From: an uncultured candidate division Zixibacteria bacterium
GTDB taxonomy: Bacteria; Zixibacteria; MSB-5A5; GN15; FEB-12
Reading direction: 5' to 3'
Length of the DNA stretch: 64,000 nt
Assembly (NCBI GenBank): GCA_963664195.1
Contig: OY760907.1
Span: 3,136,001-3,200,000 of the forward strand
The position numbers were made by a program, and so were the translations under genes. This document shows, one piece after another, positions 19,787 to 29,161 of the stretch. Within the stretch, counting starts at the first letter, position 1. Each line of letters begins with the position of its first letter. Under the pieces are notes generated by a model. The model was not told the origin of the DNA. It was given only the letters and a program-made list of their open reading frames with translations, and did no database searches.

Positions 19787-20008
19787 ATGTCTACTAAGGA
19801 TGCGTGGATTGACCAACGACTGAGCGAAGCGCGAGAGGGCAACGATCTCGTGACGGACTCTGTAGAGACTGCCCTTCGACAGTCATTGGCTGGTATCTTC
19901 TGCGAACGCAAACTCACGTCCAAAGAACTAACTGTGGCGGCGCTGAATCTATTGGCAGAGACGGGTATTGGGGACACCAAAGAGAAGGAGGAGCCAGATG
20001 AGGATTGA
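19787..20008 (+). CDS. Small helical protein (73 aa), acidic tail, coupled to the ATPase
   Basis: GAGGGAG RBS; its 3' end contains the AGGAGG RBS and the start codon of the ATPase (11-nt overlap). Confidence 0.65.
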   Translation: MSTKDAWIDQRLSEAREGNDLVTDSVETALRQSLAGIFCERKLTSKELTVAALNLLAETGIGDTKEKEEPDED

Positions 20009-22346
20009 TTCCATTGCATTGACATGGTTCCGTGGAGCGGCGAACAGCGCAATACTCCAGCCCAACTGCAAATCCTTGGTTGTATTCGGTGAAAATGGTT
20101 CGGGCAAATCCTCCTTTGTTGACGCGATTGAGTATGTAATGCGTGATGGGAAGATCGGACACCTTGAACACAAGTACAGTGGCAGGCGTCAGGAGAAGGG
20201 CGTCCTCAACACACACAGGCCAGAAGGATCCGAAGCCACACTCGAGATCAAACTTCAGGATGGTGCGATCTGCCATGCCGCCATCGATCCGAACGGGGTC
20301 TCCTCCCTGTCCGCAACGGCTATGGATGATTGGGACTATCGACGCACAATCCTGAGGCAAGATGAAGTCGCTCGATTCATCACTGCTACAAAGGGAGACA
20401 AATACTCCGCTTTGCTGCCGGTATTCGGCCTTGATCATATTGAGATCGCGGCTGAGAATCTCAGGCAACTTGCTAAGCGCGTTGAGAGAGAGTCGCAGCT
20501 TGCGTCATTAATCGGTCAAGTTCAATCCTCCGAGGCCAAACGGAGAGATATCTTCGGTGAATCAACCTACGATGACATCGTCCGTACAATCGAGACTCTT
20601 CACGGTCAGTACTGTCCTAAGTCTGAGAGCACTGTAGATTGCACTGAACGATGTGACGAGCTTGAGAAGGTACTTGAGTCTCGTACCGAGAAGTACGACA
20701 CAATGAAGATTCGATACGCTACACTGAAAGAACTCGCGGATGTCGACTATGGCAGCCACATTGTCGCCATCCGCCAATCCAACAGCAAGATGGCGGAGAC
20801 AGTGGAACCCTTTGTTGCAGAGAAGCTGACGGTTCTTGATTCCACCGAGGGATTTGTAGCAAATCTCGAAGACGGAACAGTTGTCGTCTGCCCATCTTGC
20901 GGTCGGCCAATTGGAGTGGAGGAATTCAGGGAGCATGTTGCTGCCGAGATGGAGCGTGTCAAGGACTTGATGACGGTGTTGGGCGACCGAAGAGCTGCAG
21001 TCAATCGGCTGTGTGACTGTCTTGGGACAGCGAAGTCATGTTTGGCCGAAGAGGAGCTTGCATCTTGGATAGAGGGACTCCCAGAGGATTGTCGAACTCG
21101 GTGTGTGCCAGACGTCGAAGGGGTGGATCCCGATGAGATCAGGAAATCTGTTCGCGAGGATGACTTAGCGAGAATCGAGCGTGCACTGGAACCCTTGGTG
21201 AATGCTGCAAAGGTGTCATCCGCCAGCGCACCGGCAGATGTCAGCGAGCTTTTCGACGATCACAAGAGGGTTGGGGCGGCCAAGGTGGTCATCAAGGGGA
21301 GGGAGCTCAGTAGCACGATTGTGCAGATAAATGACCTCATGGCCTATTTGAATGCGTTGGAGCAAGGTCTCCGGGATGAGATCCGACAGCAATCTCAGAA
21401 GGTTATCGAGGAGATCACCGATGATGTCCAGGTGATGTGGTCGATTCTACATCCGGGGGAGGCGATTGAAGGAGTCCGGCTCTACGTACCTGATGACTCG
21501 GACAAGGCGATAGACATATGTCTCACATTTCATGGGGTCGATCAGGATTCCCCTAGGCTGACTCTATCGGAGGGACATCGTAACAGTCTAGGCCTGTGCA
21601 TTTTCTTAGCGATGGCGAAACGAGAGGCAGGCGCGGATCGACCGGTCATTCTGGATGATGTCGTTGTTAGTCTTGACAGAAATCATCGGGGCATGATCGC
21701 CGAGATACTGGAGAAGCTGTTCTCTGAGAGGCAGGTCATTCTCCTCACGCACGATCTCCACTGGTACATGGAACTCCGGCATCATTTGCTCCCGCCTCGA
21801 TGGCAATTCAAGACACTTATGGCCTTTGATAGACCTGATGTCGGAATATGGTGGTCTGAGAGGAGATTCAATCTCAGTGATGCACGCGCTCATCTGAAAG
21901 ATAGCCCAGACATTGCCGGAAGCACTGCCCGCAAAATAATGGATACGGAACTGGCATTCGTAGCCGAGCGTCTGCATCTGAGGAATCCACATTTATGTGG
22001 TGAAAAGAACGATCATAGAATGGCCCACGAGTTTGCTGTCCGGTTGGCTAAGCAGGGCAAGAAGTGCTATAGGATAAAGGATAATGGCAAATATGAGACG
22101 CATTCAGAGGCCATACAGTCGTTTGAGAAGCTTGGTGGACTCCTTGCCTCTTGGGCCAATACATCTGCCCACACATTTGACATTGTCCCCAGCGAGGCCG
22201 AGAAGTTGGTCGCGCATTGCGAAGCGGCGCTTGATGCATTTGAGTGTAGTGTGTGTGGCAAACCTGTGTATATGTTTGACGACAGCTCGAGGCGTCGTTG
22301 TCATTGCCAATGTGAGGGCTTGCGGTGGGCTTACGATAGGGTATAG
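19998..22346 (+). CDS. Rad50/RloC-like ABC ATPase with zinc hook, HEPN-like C-terminal domain and Cys-rich tail
   Basis: Walker A GENGSGKS, coiled coil with CPSCG hook, signature LSEGH, Walker B ILDDVVVSLD, H-loop LTHD; tail with RKIMD...NTSAH and CSVC...CHCQC. Confidence 0.8.
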   Translation: MRIDSIALTWFRGAANSAILQPNCKSLVVFGENGSGKSSFVDAIEYVMRDGKIGHLEHKYSGRRQEKGVLNTHRPEGSEATLEIKLQDGAICHAAIDPNGVSSLSATAMDDWDYRRTILRQDEVARFITATKGDKYSALLPVFGLDHIEIAAENLRQLAKRVERESQLASLIGQVQSSEAKRRDIFGESTYDDIVRTIETLHGQYCPKSESTVDCTERCDELEKVLESRTEKYDTMKIRYATLKELADVDYGSHIVAIRQSNSKMAETVEPFVAEKLTVLDSTEGFVANLEDGTVVVCPSCGRPIGVEEFREHVAAEMERVKDLMTVLGDRRAAVNRLCDCLGTAKSCLAEEELASWIEGLPEDCRTRCVPDVEGVDPDEIRKSVREDDLARIERALEPLVNAAKVSSASAPADVSELFDDHKRVGAAKVVIKGRELSSTIVQINDLMAYLNALEQGLRDEIRQQSQKVIEEITDDVQVMWSILHPGEAIEGVRLYVPDDSDKAIDICLTFHGVDQDSPRLTLSEGHRNSLGLCIFLAMAKREAGADRPVILDDVVVSLDRNHRGMIAEILEKLFSERQVILLTHDLHWYMELRHHLLPPRWQFKTLMAFDRPDVGIWWSERRFNLSDARAHLKDSPDIAGSTARKIMDTELAFVAERLHLRNPHLCGEKNDHRMAHEFAVRLAKQGKKCYRIKDNGKYETHSEAIQSFEKLGGLLASWANTSAHTFDIVPSEAEKLVAHCEAALDAFECSVCGKPVYMFDDSSRRRCHCQCEGLRWAYDRV

Positions 22347-22361
22347 CCGGCCTCACGTCCC

Positions 22362-25300
22362 CTACCTAAAATCCCGCGTCTTCAATGAGACGCCTTCTTT
22401 GCTCAAGCTCAAAGGGAGGAACTCGCGGCCGATCACGTTTACCACGCCGTCGCGGCGCTCCACCTGGCCTTTCACCAGAAGTCCGTTCGAGTACACAATC
22501 GCTTTGCGACATTTCAAGACGTAGTTCGGTTTCACCACGATATTGGCGAACCCCGTTTCGTCTTCCATCGTCAGGAACATAAACCCCTTGGCGGTCATCG
22601 GGCGCTGACGGATAATCACCATTCCCGCAATACTGACCTGCGATTTGTCCGGCACTTTACGAAGGTCCGCCGCTGACAAAATCTCTCTCGCTTTCAACTC
22701 CCGCCTGACGAGTCGCATCGGGTGCGGCCCGGTCGACAGCGCCATCCCCTTGAAGTCCGCCGCGAGTTGTTCCCCGACCGCCATCGGCTGCAACTGAGCC
22801 GCACCGGTTTCGTCGAGCTTCATTGTCAACTCGTTTTCCTCCTGCTGCGCCACAGCGAGCATTTCCCACAACGCCTGCCGTCGCGTAATCCCAAACGACC
22901 GAAACGCCCCGACCAGCGCAAGCTGTTCCAGGTGATCCCTGTCCAGCCCGGTGCGGAACACAAAATCGGCGGGGGAGACAAACGGACCTTTGGCCAGCTC
23001 CGGCTCGATCCGCTCTTTGGCCGAAGTGCCCATGCTTTTGACAAACCGGAATCCGAGGCGGATCTTGCCGTCTTCAATCGTGCAATCCCATATACTCTTG
23101 GTAATGTCCACATTTTCGAAACGCACGCCGCGGCTGCGGCCTTCGTAAATAATCGTCGACGGTGAGTAAAACCCGAGCGGTTGGGCGTTGAGCAGGGAGC
23201 AGTAGAATTCCTCGGGGTAGTAGTGCTTGAGGAACGCCGAGACGTACACCAACAGCGCAAACGAAGCGGCGTGTGATTCGGCGAATCCGAAATCGGCGAA
23301 GGCGGCGAGTTGCTGGAAGATACGCGCGGCTGCGTCCTCGCTGATACCGTTGCGGACCATGCCGGCGAGCAGGCGGGCGCGGAGGGCTTCCATCTTTTCG
23401 GCCGAGCGTTTGTGGCCCATGGCGCGACGGACTTCATCGGCCTGGCTCGGGGTGAAGTCGGCGGCGGCCATTGCTACCTGCATCCCCTGTTCCTGAAAAA
23501 GCGGGATGCCGAGGGTGCGTTCGAGGATCGGTTTCAGTTTCGGATGCGGGTATGTTATCGGTTCCTCGCCGTTGCGTCGGCGGAGGTACGGGTGCACCAT
23601 ATCCCCCTGTATGGGGCCGGGGCGGATCAATGCGACTTCGACAACCAGGTCGTAGAACTTCTTCGGTTTGTGACGCGGCAACGTGTTCATCTGGGCGCGT
23701 GACTCTACCTGGAAGACGCCAACCGTATCGGCGGTGCAGAGGAGATCGTAGACGTTGGGATCATCGTAGGAGAGAGTCGCCATATCAAGCGTGACACCGC
23801 GATGTTGCTCTACGAGTTTGAAGGCGATATCGATCAGCGAGAGCATGCCCAGCCCGAGCAGATCGATTTTGACCAGGCCGGTAGCTTCGACATCGTCTTT
23901 GTCCCATTGGATGACGCTGCGGTCGGGCATGGTGGCGTTTTCAATCGGGACGATGTTCGACAGCGGGTTTTGGGTGACGATCATACCGCCGACATGGATG
24001 CCGAGATGACGCGGGAAACCGTAGATCTGGCCGCAGAGGGCAGTGAGCAGTTTGACCCGTTTGTCCTCGGGGTTGAGACCGGCCTCGACTATCCGTTCGC
24101 TGGTCTCTTTGCCGCGTGAGAAATGATCGTGGAGTTTGGCCAACTGGTTGATTTCCTCGAGCGGGAATCCGAGCGCCTTGCCGACATCGCGCACCGCCGA
24201 GCGTCCGCGGTAGGAGATGACCTCGCAGACCATGGCGGCGTGTTCGCGGCCGTATTTTTCATAGACGTACTGGATGACCTCCTCGCGGCGGTTGTGGGCG
24301 ATATCGATATCTATGTCGGGGGCTTCGGTGCGTTCCTCCGAGAGGAACCGTTCGAACAGGAGTTTGAGGCCGATCGGGTCGACTGCTGTGATCTTCAGAC
24401 AGTAACATACCGCCGAGTTTGCCGCCGAACCACGCCCCTGGCAGAGGATACCCTGGGTGGTGCAGAAACGGGTGATGTCCCAGACGATCAGGAAATAGCC
24501 GCAGAGATCGAGTTTGCTGATGATCCGCAGTTCGTGTTCGAGTTGATCGACTACGGGCGGGGTGATTTCGCCGTATCGTATTTTTGCACCCTGATAGGTG
24601 AGGTAGCGAAGGTAACTTCGGACTGAGTAACCGTCGGGGACGGGGAAATCCGGCAGCGAGGTTTTGAGTTGGTTTAGCAGGAACCAGCAGCGGTCGGCGA
24701 TGACTGTCGTGTTTTCGATTGCTTCGGGGCAGCGGGCGAAACGGGCGGCCATCTCCTCGGCGGACTTGAGACGGCGTTCGGCGTTGGGATACAAAAGCGA
24801 TCCGGCCTCGTCGAGTGTAGTGTGATTCTTGATGCAGGTAAGGACATCCTGTAGCGGGCGACGGTTGACCTCGGCAAAGTGTACGTTGTTGGTGGCGACG
24901 ACGGGGATGTTTAGCTTTTTGCCGAGACGGATTAATCGTTCGCAGAGCTGTTCGTGCAGGGGGAGGTTGTGGTGTTGCAGTTCGAGATAGAAATTGTCTT
25001 TGCCAAACAGCTCATGATACGTTTCTGCTGCAAGCGTAGCCTGATTCGTGTTTGCTGCTGTTGACGTACTTGCTGTCAATGCCACAGCTATCTCACTGTG
25101 TGAGCAACCCGAAAGAGCGATGAGGCCGTTGTGGTATTTGTCGAGCAGGTCGGGTGATATTTTGGTTTCATTTTTTACACCGGCGAGTTGGGCCTCGGTG
25201 AGCATGCGGGAGAGGTTGGCGTAGCCGGTTGCGTCTTTGGCCAGCAGGGTGAGATGGGTTTCGTTTGCGCCGGAGTCGTCGACGCAGGTAATCTCTGAAC

Positions 25301-25490
25301 CGAGGATCGATTTGATGCCGTGTTCTCGGGTGGCCTGGTCGAACCGTACTACCCCGTAGAGGCCGTTGTGATCGGTCAGGGCGAGGGCGGGGTAACCGAG
25401 TTCGGCGGCCCGTGTAGCCAACTCCTCCGGATGAGAGGCACCGTTGAGGAAGGAGAAGTTGGAATGGCAATGAAGTTCAACGTATTGCAT
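22362..25490 (-). CDS. dnaE2: Error-prone DNA polymerase DnaE2/ImuC
   Basis: PHP domain HCHSNFS, GRGSAANS, PDIDID, OB fold and ImuC-type C-terminal TRDFR. Confidence 0.95.
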   Translation of the reverse strand: MQYVELHCHSNFSFLNGASHPEELATRAAELGYPALALTDHNGLYGVVRFDQATREHGIKSILGSEITCVDDSGANETHLTLLAKDATGYANLSRMLTEAQLAGVKNETKISPDLLDKYHNGLIALSGCSHSEIAVALTASTSTAANTNQATLAAETYHELFGKDNFYLELQHHNLPLHEQLCERLIRLGKKLNIPVVATNNVHFAEVNRRPLQDVLTCIKNHTTLDEAGSLLYPNAERRLKSAEEMAARFARCPEAIENTTVIADRCWFLLNQLKTSLPDFPVPDGYSVRSYLRYLTYQGAKIRYGEITPPVVDQLEHELRIISKLDLCGYFLIVWDITRFCTTQGILCQGRGSAANSAVCYCLKITAVDPIGLKLLFERFLSEERTEAPDIDIDIAHNRREEVIQYVYEKYGREHAAMVCEVISYRGRSAVRDVGKALGFPLEEINQLAKLHDHFSRGKETSERIVEAGLNPEDKRVKLLTALCGQIYGFPRHLGIHVGGMIVTQNPLSNIVPIENATMPDRSVIQWDKDDVEATGLVKIDLLGLGMLSLIDIAFKLVEQHRGVTLDMATLSYDDPNVYDLLCTADTVGVFQVESRAQMNTLPRHKPKKFYDLVVEVALIRPGPIQGDMVHPYLRRRNGEEPITYPHPKLKPILERTLGIPLFQEQGMQVAMAAADFTPSQADEVRRAMGHKRSAEKMEALRARLLAGMVRNGISEDAAARIFQQLAAFADFGFAESHAASFALLVYVSAFLKHYYPEEFYCSLLNAQPLGFYSPSTIIYEGRSRGVRFENVDITKSIWDCTIEDGKIRLGFRFVKSMGTSAKERIEPELAKGPFVSPADFVFRTGLDRDHLEQLALVGAFRSFGITRRQALWEMLAVAQQEENELTMKLDETGAAQLQPMAVGEQLAADFKGMALSTGPHPMRLVRRELKAREILSAADLRKVPDKSQVSIAGMVIIRQRPMTAKGFMFLTMEDETGFANIVVKPNYVLKCRKAIVYSNGLLVKGQVERRDGVVNVIGREFLPLSLSKEGVSLKTRDFR

Positions 25491-25569
25491 GATTATTCGT
25501 GGTGTTGCTATTGTCTCTTGAATAAGGTCCACACTTCGACAGGCTCAGCGTGACTTATTTGTAGCCACC

Positions 25570-27069
25570 TCAATCAAATACCCCCTGCACGAACCATTGT
25601 GAGGTTAAACGGTCTAAGAATATCAAATACTTTCGGCAGTTGGCGCTTTGGACCTCCCAGTAGAGGCGGTCGAATCGCTCGCTCCACCATCCGCCGGAAA
25701 GCTCCCACGGTCCTGCGACCTCAAGTCGGTTTATGTAGCCGACGGTAATCGGCTTGCGGTGGTCTTCGGTGACTTCGATGGCTCTCGGCGGCTGGAACAG
25801 GCGAAGGCCGCCTATTGTCCCCAGTGCATACACGCATCGTCGATTCATCGGTGTTTTATCTTGCGTAAGCGCTTTGTATTTCTTGAGAGGTGTGGAAAAG
25901 GTAAACCGTTGTTCCGGAAGGAACGTGTCATGCGCGACAGGTACAGTGATCGTGTGATTGTCAGGGAGGTCGTTGAGTGGGGCAACTCCTGCGGGTATGC
26001 CATCGTTTAGGGGAAGTTGTTCTGCTCGGAGTGCGGCGATCTGTGGGATGGTCACACGGATGCCCTCGATTGGAGCAGAGAGTTTAAGCCTCTCCATGAG
26101 CAATTGCAATTGCCTTGTGAACACGGTTACGGACAAAGTTGGTTGTTCCACACTGACCGGTATGGTGTGCAGGTTTTTGTCGTCGAGGAAGAGCGTTACG
26201 TCGATTGTACTGCATCCCTGGCTGAACCGGCTGAGTTGTTCCAGGAGCGGCGCGAGCATTTGTTCGACCTGCGCGATTACGATCGTTTGCTGGTAGATTG
26301 GCGGGGTCAGCCAAACGGTGTCCGAGACACTTTCGGTTGGTTCGTTGGGATCGAAAAATGCAGTGTCATCGCCTCGCGCCAGTTTTGCCAGTGCCGCCCC
26401 CTGCGAACCGAACCGTCGTGTCATCTCGTTCGCCGGAATCGAGGCAAGCTGGCCGATTGTTTTCAAACCGAGATCATCCATGCGGGACATGATTTCCTGA
26501 GAGAGCCTCAGATGTTTGATGGGCAATGGTTTGAGAAAGTCGGCTTCCTGATTATAGGAAACGATACTGAAGCAGTCATCAGTGATGACCTCGGCGGCAA
26601 CTCTGGCTACAAACTTGTTGCCGGCGATACCGAGCATGATCGGATAGCCGGACGGTTTCAGTGTTGAGACGATTTCCCCGGCGAATGTCCGGTCGTCTTT
26701 GTAGAGAAATCCCAACCCGGCAGCATCGAGATAAAACAACCCTGTCTCGGCCTCCTCGACAAAGGGGGAGAGGCCCTGGAGTTTTTTATAGAGATCGTTG
26801 GACTGTTCAATCTCTGTGTCGACATTCCGCACCTGAATTTTCAAACGGGGCGATACGGTGTGTCCCTGGGCGACCGTCAGGCCGGCAAACAGGCCGGAGT
26901 CAGCAGCTTTTGTATTGACCGCCAGAATCTCGGCCGAATCCAGATTGCTTTCGGCAACGGCAAGCGGGTGGTTGTCGAGGCGGCGGTTTTCGTGCAGGCA
27001 GACCTCGACCTGAAAATTTGGCACCCTCACGCAAGCCACACGTGGATAAATGGGCGGGGCAAGGCTCAC
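25570..27069 (-). CDS. imuB: ImuB, catalytically inactive Y-family polymerase
   Basis: Y-family fold lacking the catalytic acidic motifs; clamp motif QLPL; C-terminal GPW...GGWW...R.Y and W..QGVFD. Confidence 0.88.
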   Translation of the reverse strand: MSLAPPIYPRVACVRVPNFQVEVCLHENRRLDNHPLAVAESNLDSAEILAVNTKAADSGLFAGLTVAQGHTVSPRLKIQVRNVDTEIEQSNDLYKKLQGLSPFVEEAETGLFYLDAAGLGFLYKDDRTFAGEIVSTLKPSGYPIMLGIAGNKFVARVAAEVITDDCFSIVSYNQEADFLKPLPIKHLRLSQEIMSRMDDLGLKTIGQLASIPANEMTRRFGSQGAALAKLARGDDTAFFDPNEPTESVSDTVWLTPPIYQQTIVIAQVEQMLAPLLEQLSRFSQGCSTIDVTLFLDDKNLHTIPVSVEQPTLSVTVFTRQLQLLMERLKLSAPIEGIRVTIPQIAALRAEQLPLNDGIPAGVAPLNDLPDNHTITVPVAHDTFLPEQRFTFSTPLKKYKALTQDKTPMNRRCVYALGTIGGLRLFQPPRAIEVTEDHRKPITVGYINRLEVAGPWELSGGWWSERFDRLYWEVQSANCRKYLIFLDRLTSQWFVQGVFD

Positions 27070-27872
27070 AATTGCACCTCTACATGGGTCCCTTCGGTGG
27101 TAATGCGGCTTTTGGTGATCGAGATTGCCAACCGGTTGGTATTGGTACGGCCGACAGTCAGGCGTAGCGAAGCCATGCTCGACGGAATGATATTGGGACT
27201 TACGCCGTTTGTTTTGACCGGTTGGGTCAGGAAGATTACCAGCCCTTTTGCCCTCACGGTTTTAAGGCGCAGGCGGTGCAGAAGCCCGATTGGCAGGGTG
27301 TCTTTTCTGTGATACCCGACCAGGTCAAAAACTATGATATCAGCGTTGCGGTCGCGAAGCAGCAGCTCTGCCGTGCGAAGGCTGTTTTTGATGCAGTCAT
27401 CCCCTCTGACGTTGGGTTTGATAACCAGCAGTCGGGAGAGATCAAGGCCGGAAGCCGAGGCGGCATCGGGAAAAAAGGCATTGCTGAAATCGACATACGC
27501 CGCAATTCTGTTTTGAGTTGCACAGGACAGCATGCGAAAGAGCAGGCCGGTTTTCCCCGAGGATACCCCGCCGGTGATTTCTATCAACTGACCGTAAGGA
27601 ATGCCGCCCATCGGGAACAGACTGTCGAGTTCGGGAAATCCGGTGCTGAAGACCAACTCGTTTTGATCAGAGAGGGAACGGATTGCCTCGGGCCATTTGC
27701 GGGTGAGTTTTTGTTTGAGGGTGGAGATCGGCGGTTTGTTGTAGTGGGTAGGAGAGGTGTTGTTTGCATGAATCCCACCGCAAGCGGCGGGGTACAGATG
27801 TTGTTTGAGGCTGGTTACGCCCAAAAGAACCGGGGGGCGACTTCCAAATGTATGTGAAGCGGTATTTCTCAT
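27066..27872 (-). CDS. imuA: ImuA, RecA-like mutasome protein (start uncertain)
   Basis: STG..ELD.L...GG.P.G..IEITG and Walker A GGVSSGKT; overlaps the imuB start. Confidence 0.82.
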   Translation of the reverse strand: MRNTASHTFGSRPPVLLGVTSLKQHLYPAACGGIHANNTSPTHYNKPPISTLKQKLTRKWPEAIRSLSDQNELVFSTGFPELDSLFPMGGIPYGQLIEITGGVSSGKTGLLFRMLSCATQNRIAAYVDFSNAFFPDAASASGLDLSRLLVIKPNVRGDDCIKNSLRTAELLLRDRNADIIVFDLVGYHRKDTLPIGLLHRLRLKTVRAKGLVIFLTQPVKTNGVSPNIIPSSMASLRLTVGRTNTNRLAISITKSRITTEGTHVEVQL

Positions 27873-27891
27873 TGCTTAACCCTCTATCGAC

Positions 27892-27915
27892 CATACTGCA
27901 TATACGTGCAGTATG
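27892..27915. promoter_or_regulatory. Putative LexA operator (SOS box)
   Basis: Perfect inverted repeat CATACTGCA-TATACG-TGCAGTATG (contains TACTG-N10-CAGTA) between the imuA -10 element and its start codon. Confidence 0.7.
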
Positions 27916-27916
27916 T

Positions 27917-27945
27917 AGTGTATGCGGAAGAGGGATGGTTGTCAA
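27917..27945 (-). promoter_or_regulatory. sigma70 promoter of imuA-imuB-dnaE2
   Basis: Minus-strand TTGACA-N17-TACACT. Confidence 0.7.
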
Positions 27946-28021
27946 TAACATCCTCTTAAATTGTTGTAGTGTAATTTGTTAGGCGGTTCATTGAAAGTCC
28001 TGTTCGTGGTCTGGAGGAGAC

Positions 28022-28053
28022 AAAAAACGACCCGGCCGAATGACCGACCGGGT
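28022..28053 (-). terminator. Intrinsic terminator of the 28086..29006 gene
   Basis: ACCCGG...CCGGGT stem followed by T6 on the minus strand. Confidence 0.55.
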
Positions 28054-28085
28054 ATCAGCTATCAATCAGGTCATCAGGGACAGGG

Positions 28086-29006
28086 CTAGTCGTTTGATGA
28101 CATATCCACGGTCAGTTTGAAGCCAAAAGAGTAACGGAAGAATCGCTCGTAGAAGAGGTCGTCATCCAGAGGGAGCAGGAAGGATAGTCCCGTATGGCAC
28201 TTTCCAAACCGGTAGCCTCCTGAGAACTCAACCTGATGTATGGAACGATCGTCGAAGCCTTCGATCTCCCCCTCTGTCAGCATCATCCCTGCAAAACCGA
28301 TGCTACCGCTAACTCTGCTGTCCTCAAATCCGAGGCGGGCACCGTATTCGAAAACGGCTGATTTCTTGTAGAAACCATCTGTCAGCGGGCGGGCAATTGT
28401 CTGATCAGTATAGGAATCAGATTTGTCTTCCGGAAGTACCACCGATACGCCGCCAAAGATATGATAGGACAGATTTTTGGGTGTCCGTCCCATACAACCG
28501 ATTCTCAATTTCACGGTTGTTGTCTTCAAAAGGAAGGCATCGAAACGAGTGATGTCAGCCAGGCGGCCGTACGTAGATGCGGCTCGCCTGTCGTCAGGGA
28601 CAAACGGAAGGCGCACTCCTATCTGGACATATGCCGGTGTGTTCTTAAAGGTCTGTCGAATTCCGATATGTGCGTTTCCAAAAACGTTTTCGCCCTCACC
28701 CGGAGGACAGCCGGTGCTACCTCACGTATTGTCTGCTTCTCTTTCCTTCAGCTTGGCGAAGGGCATCTCAACCAAAACCAGTGTCCGGTTCGACACAGGG
28801 ATGCTGCCGGAGAGGTAAAGGGCAGAAGAGAGGGTGGTGAATTCACCGAAAGGATTGATCATTTGAGGCTTGCGGAACTCGAAGGAGAGGGACGGGCCTT
28901 GTGGTGATAGAGAACAACCAGACTGTGCGGACGTGTTTACGGGAAGAACCGATGTGAAGATCACAGTCACTACGGCACAGATTGCAGACCTGAGGGCGAT
29001 GTGCAT
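28086..29006 (-). pseudogene. Outer-membrane beta-barrel-like gene interrupted by one in-frame TGA (28722..28724): pseudogene or recoded
   Basis: ORFs 28722..29006 and 28086..28616 share a frame and the gap between them is open (GSTGCPPGEGENVFGNAHIGIR...). GGAGG RBS, signal peptide and amphipathic beta strands. Confidence 0.65.
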
Positions 29007-29161
29007 TGAGCACCTCCAACGATGGATTGCTTGTTACGCGTTAACGAAGGTCTGCCAGGCGCCTCTACTCTTGTGTGTATCCAAGTTCCGCAATGCGGAA
29101 CGAATTGCCTCCGGTGTCCAGTCCGCAGGACTTTTTTGTCCGCTCGACTCTGTCTCGGGTC

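Noticed and set aside
27957..27981. Weak 25-bp dyad TAAATTGTT-N7-AATTTGTTA at the edge of the imu cassette, possibly a recombinase site
   Set aside because: Poor symmetry, single copy and no recombinase nearby.
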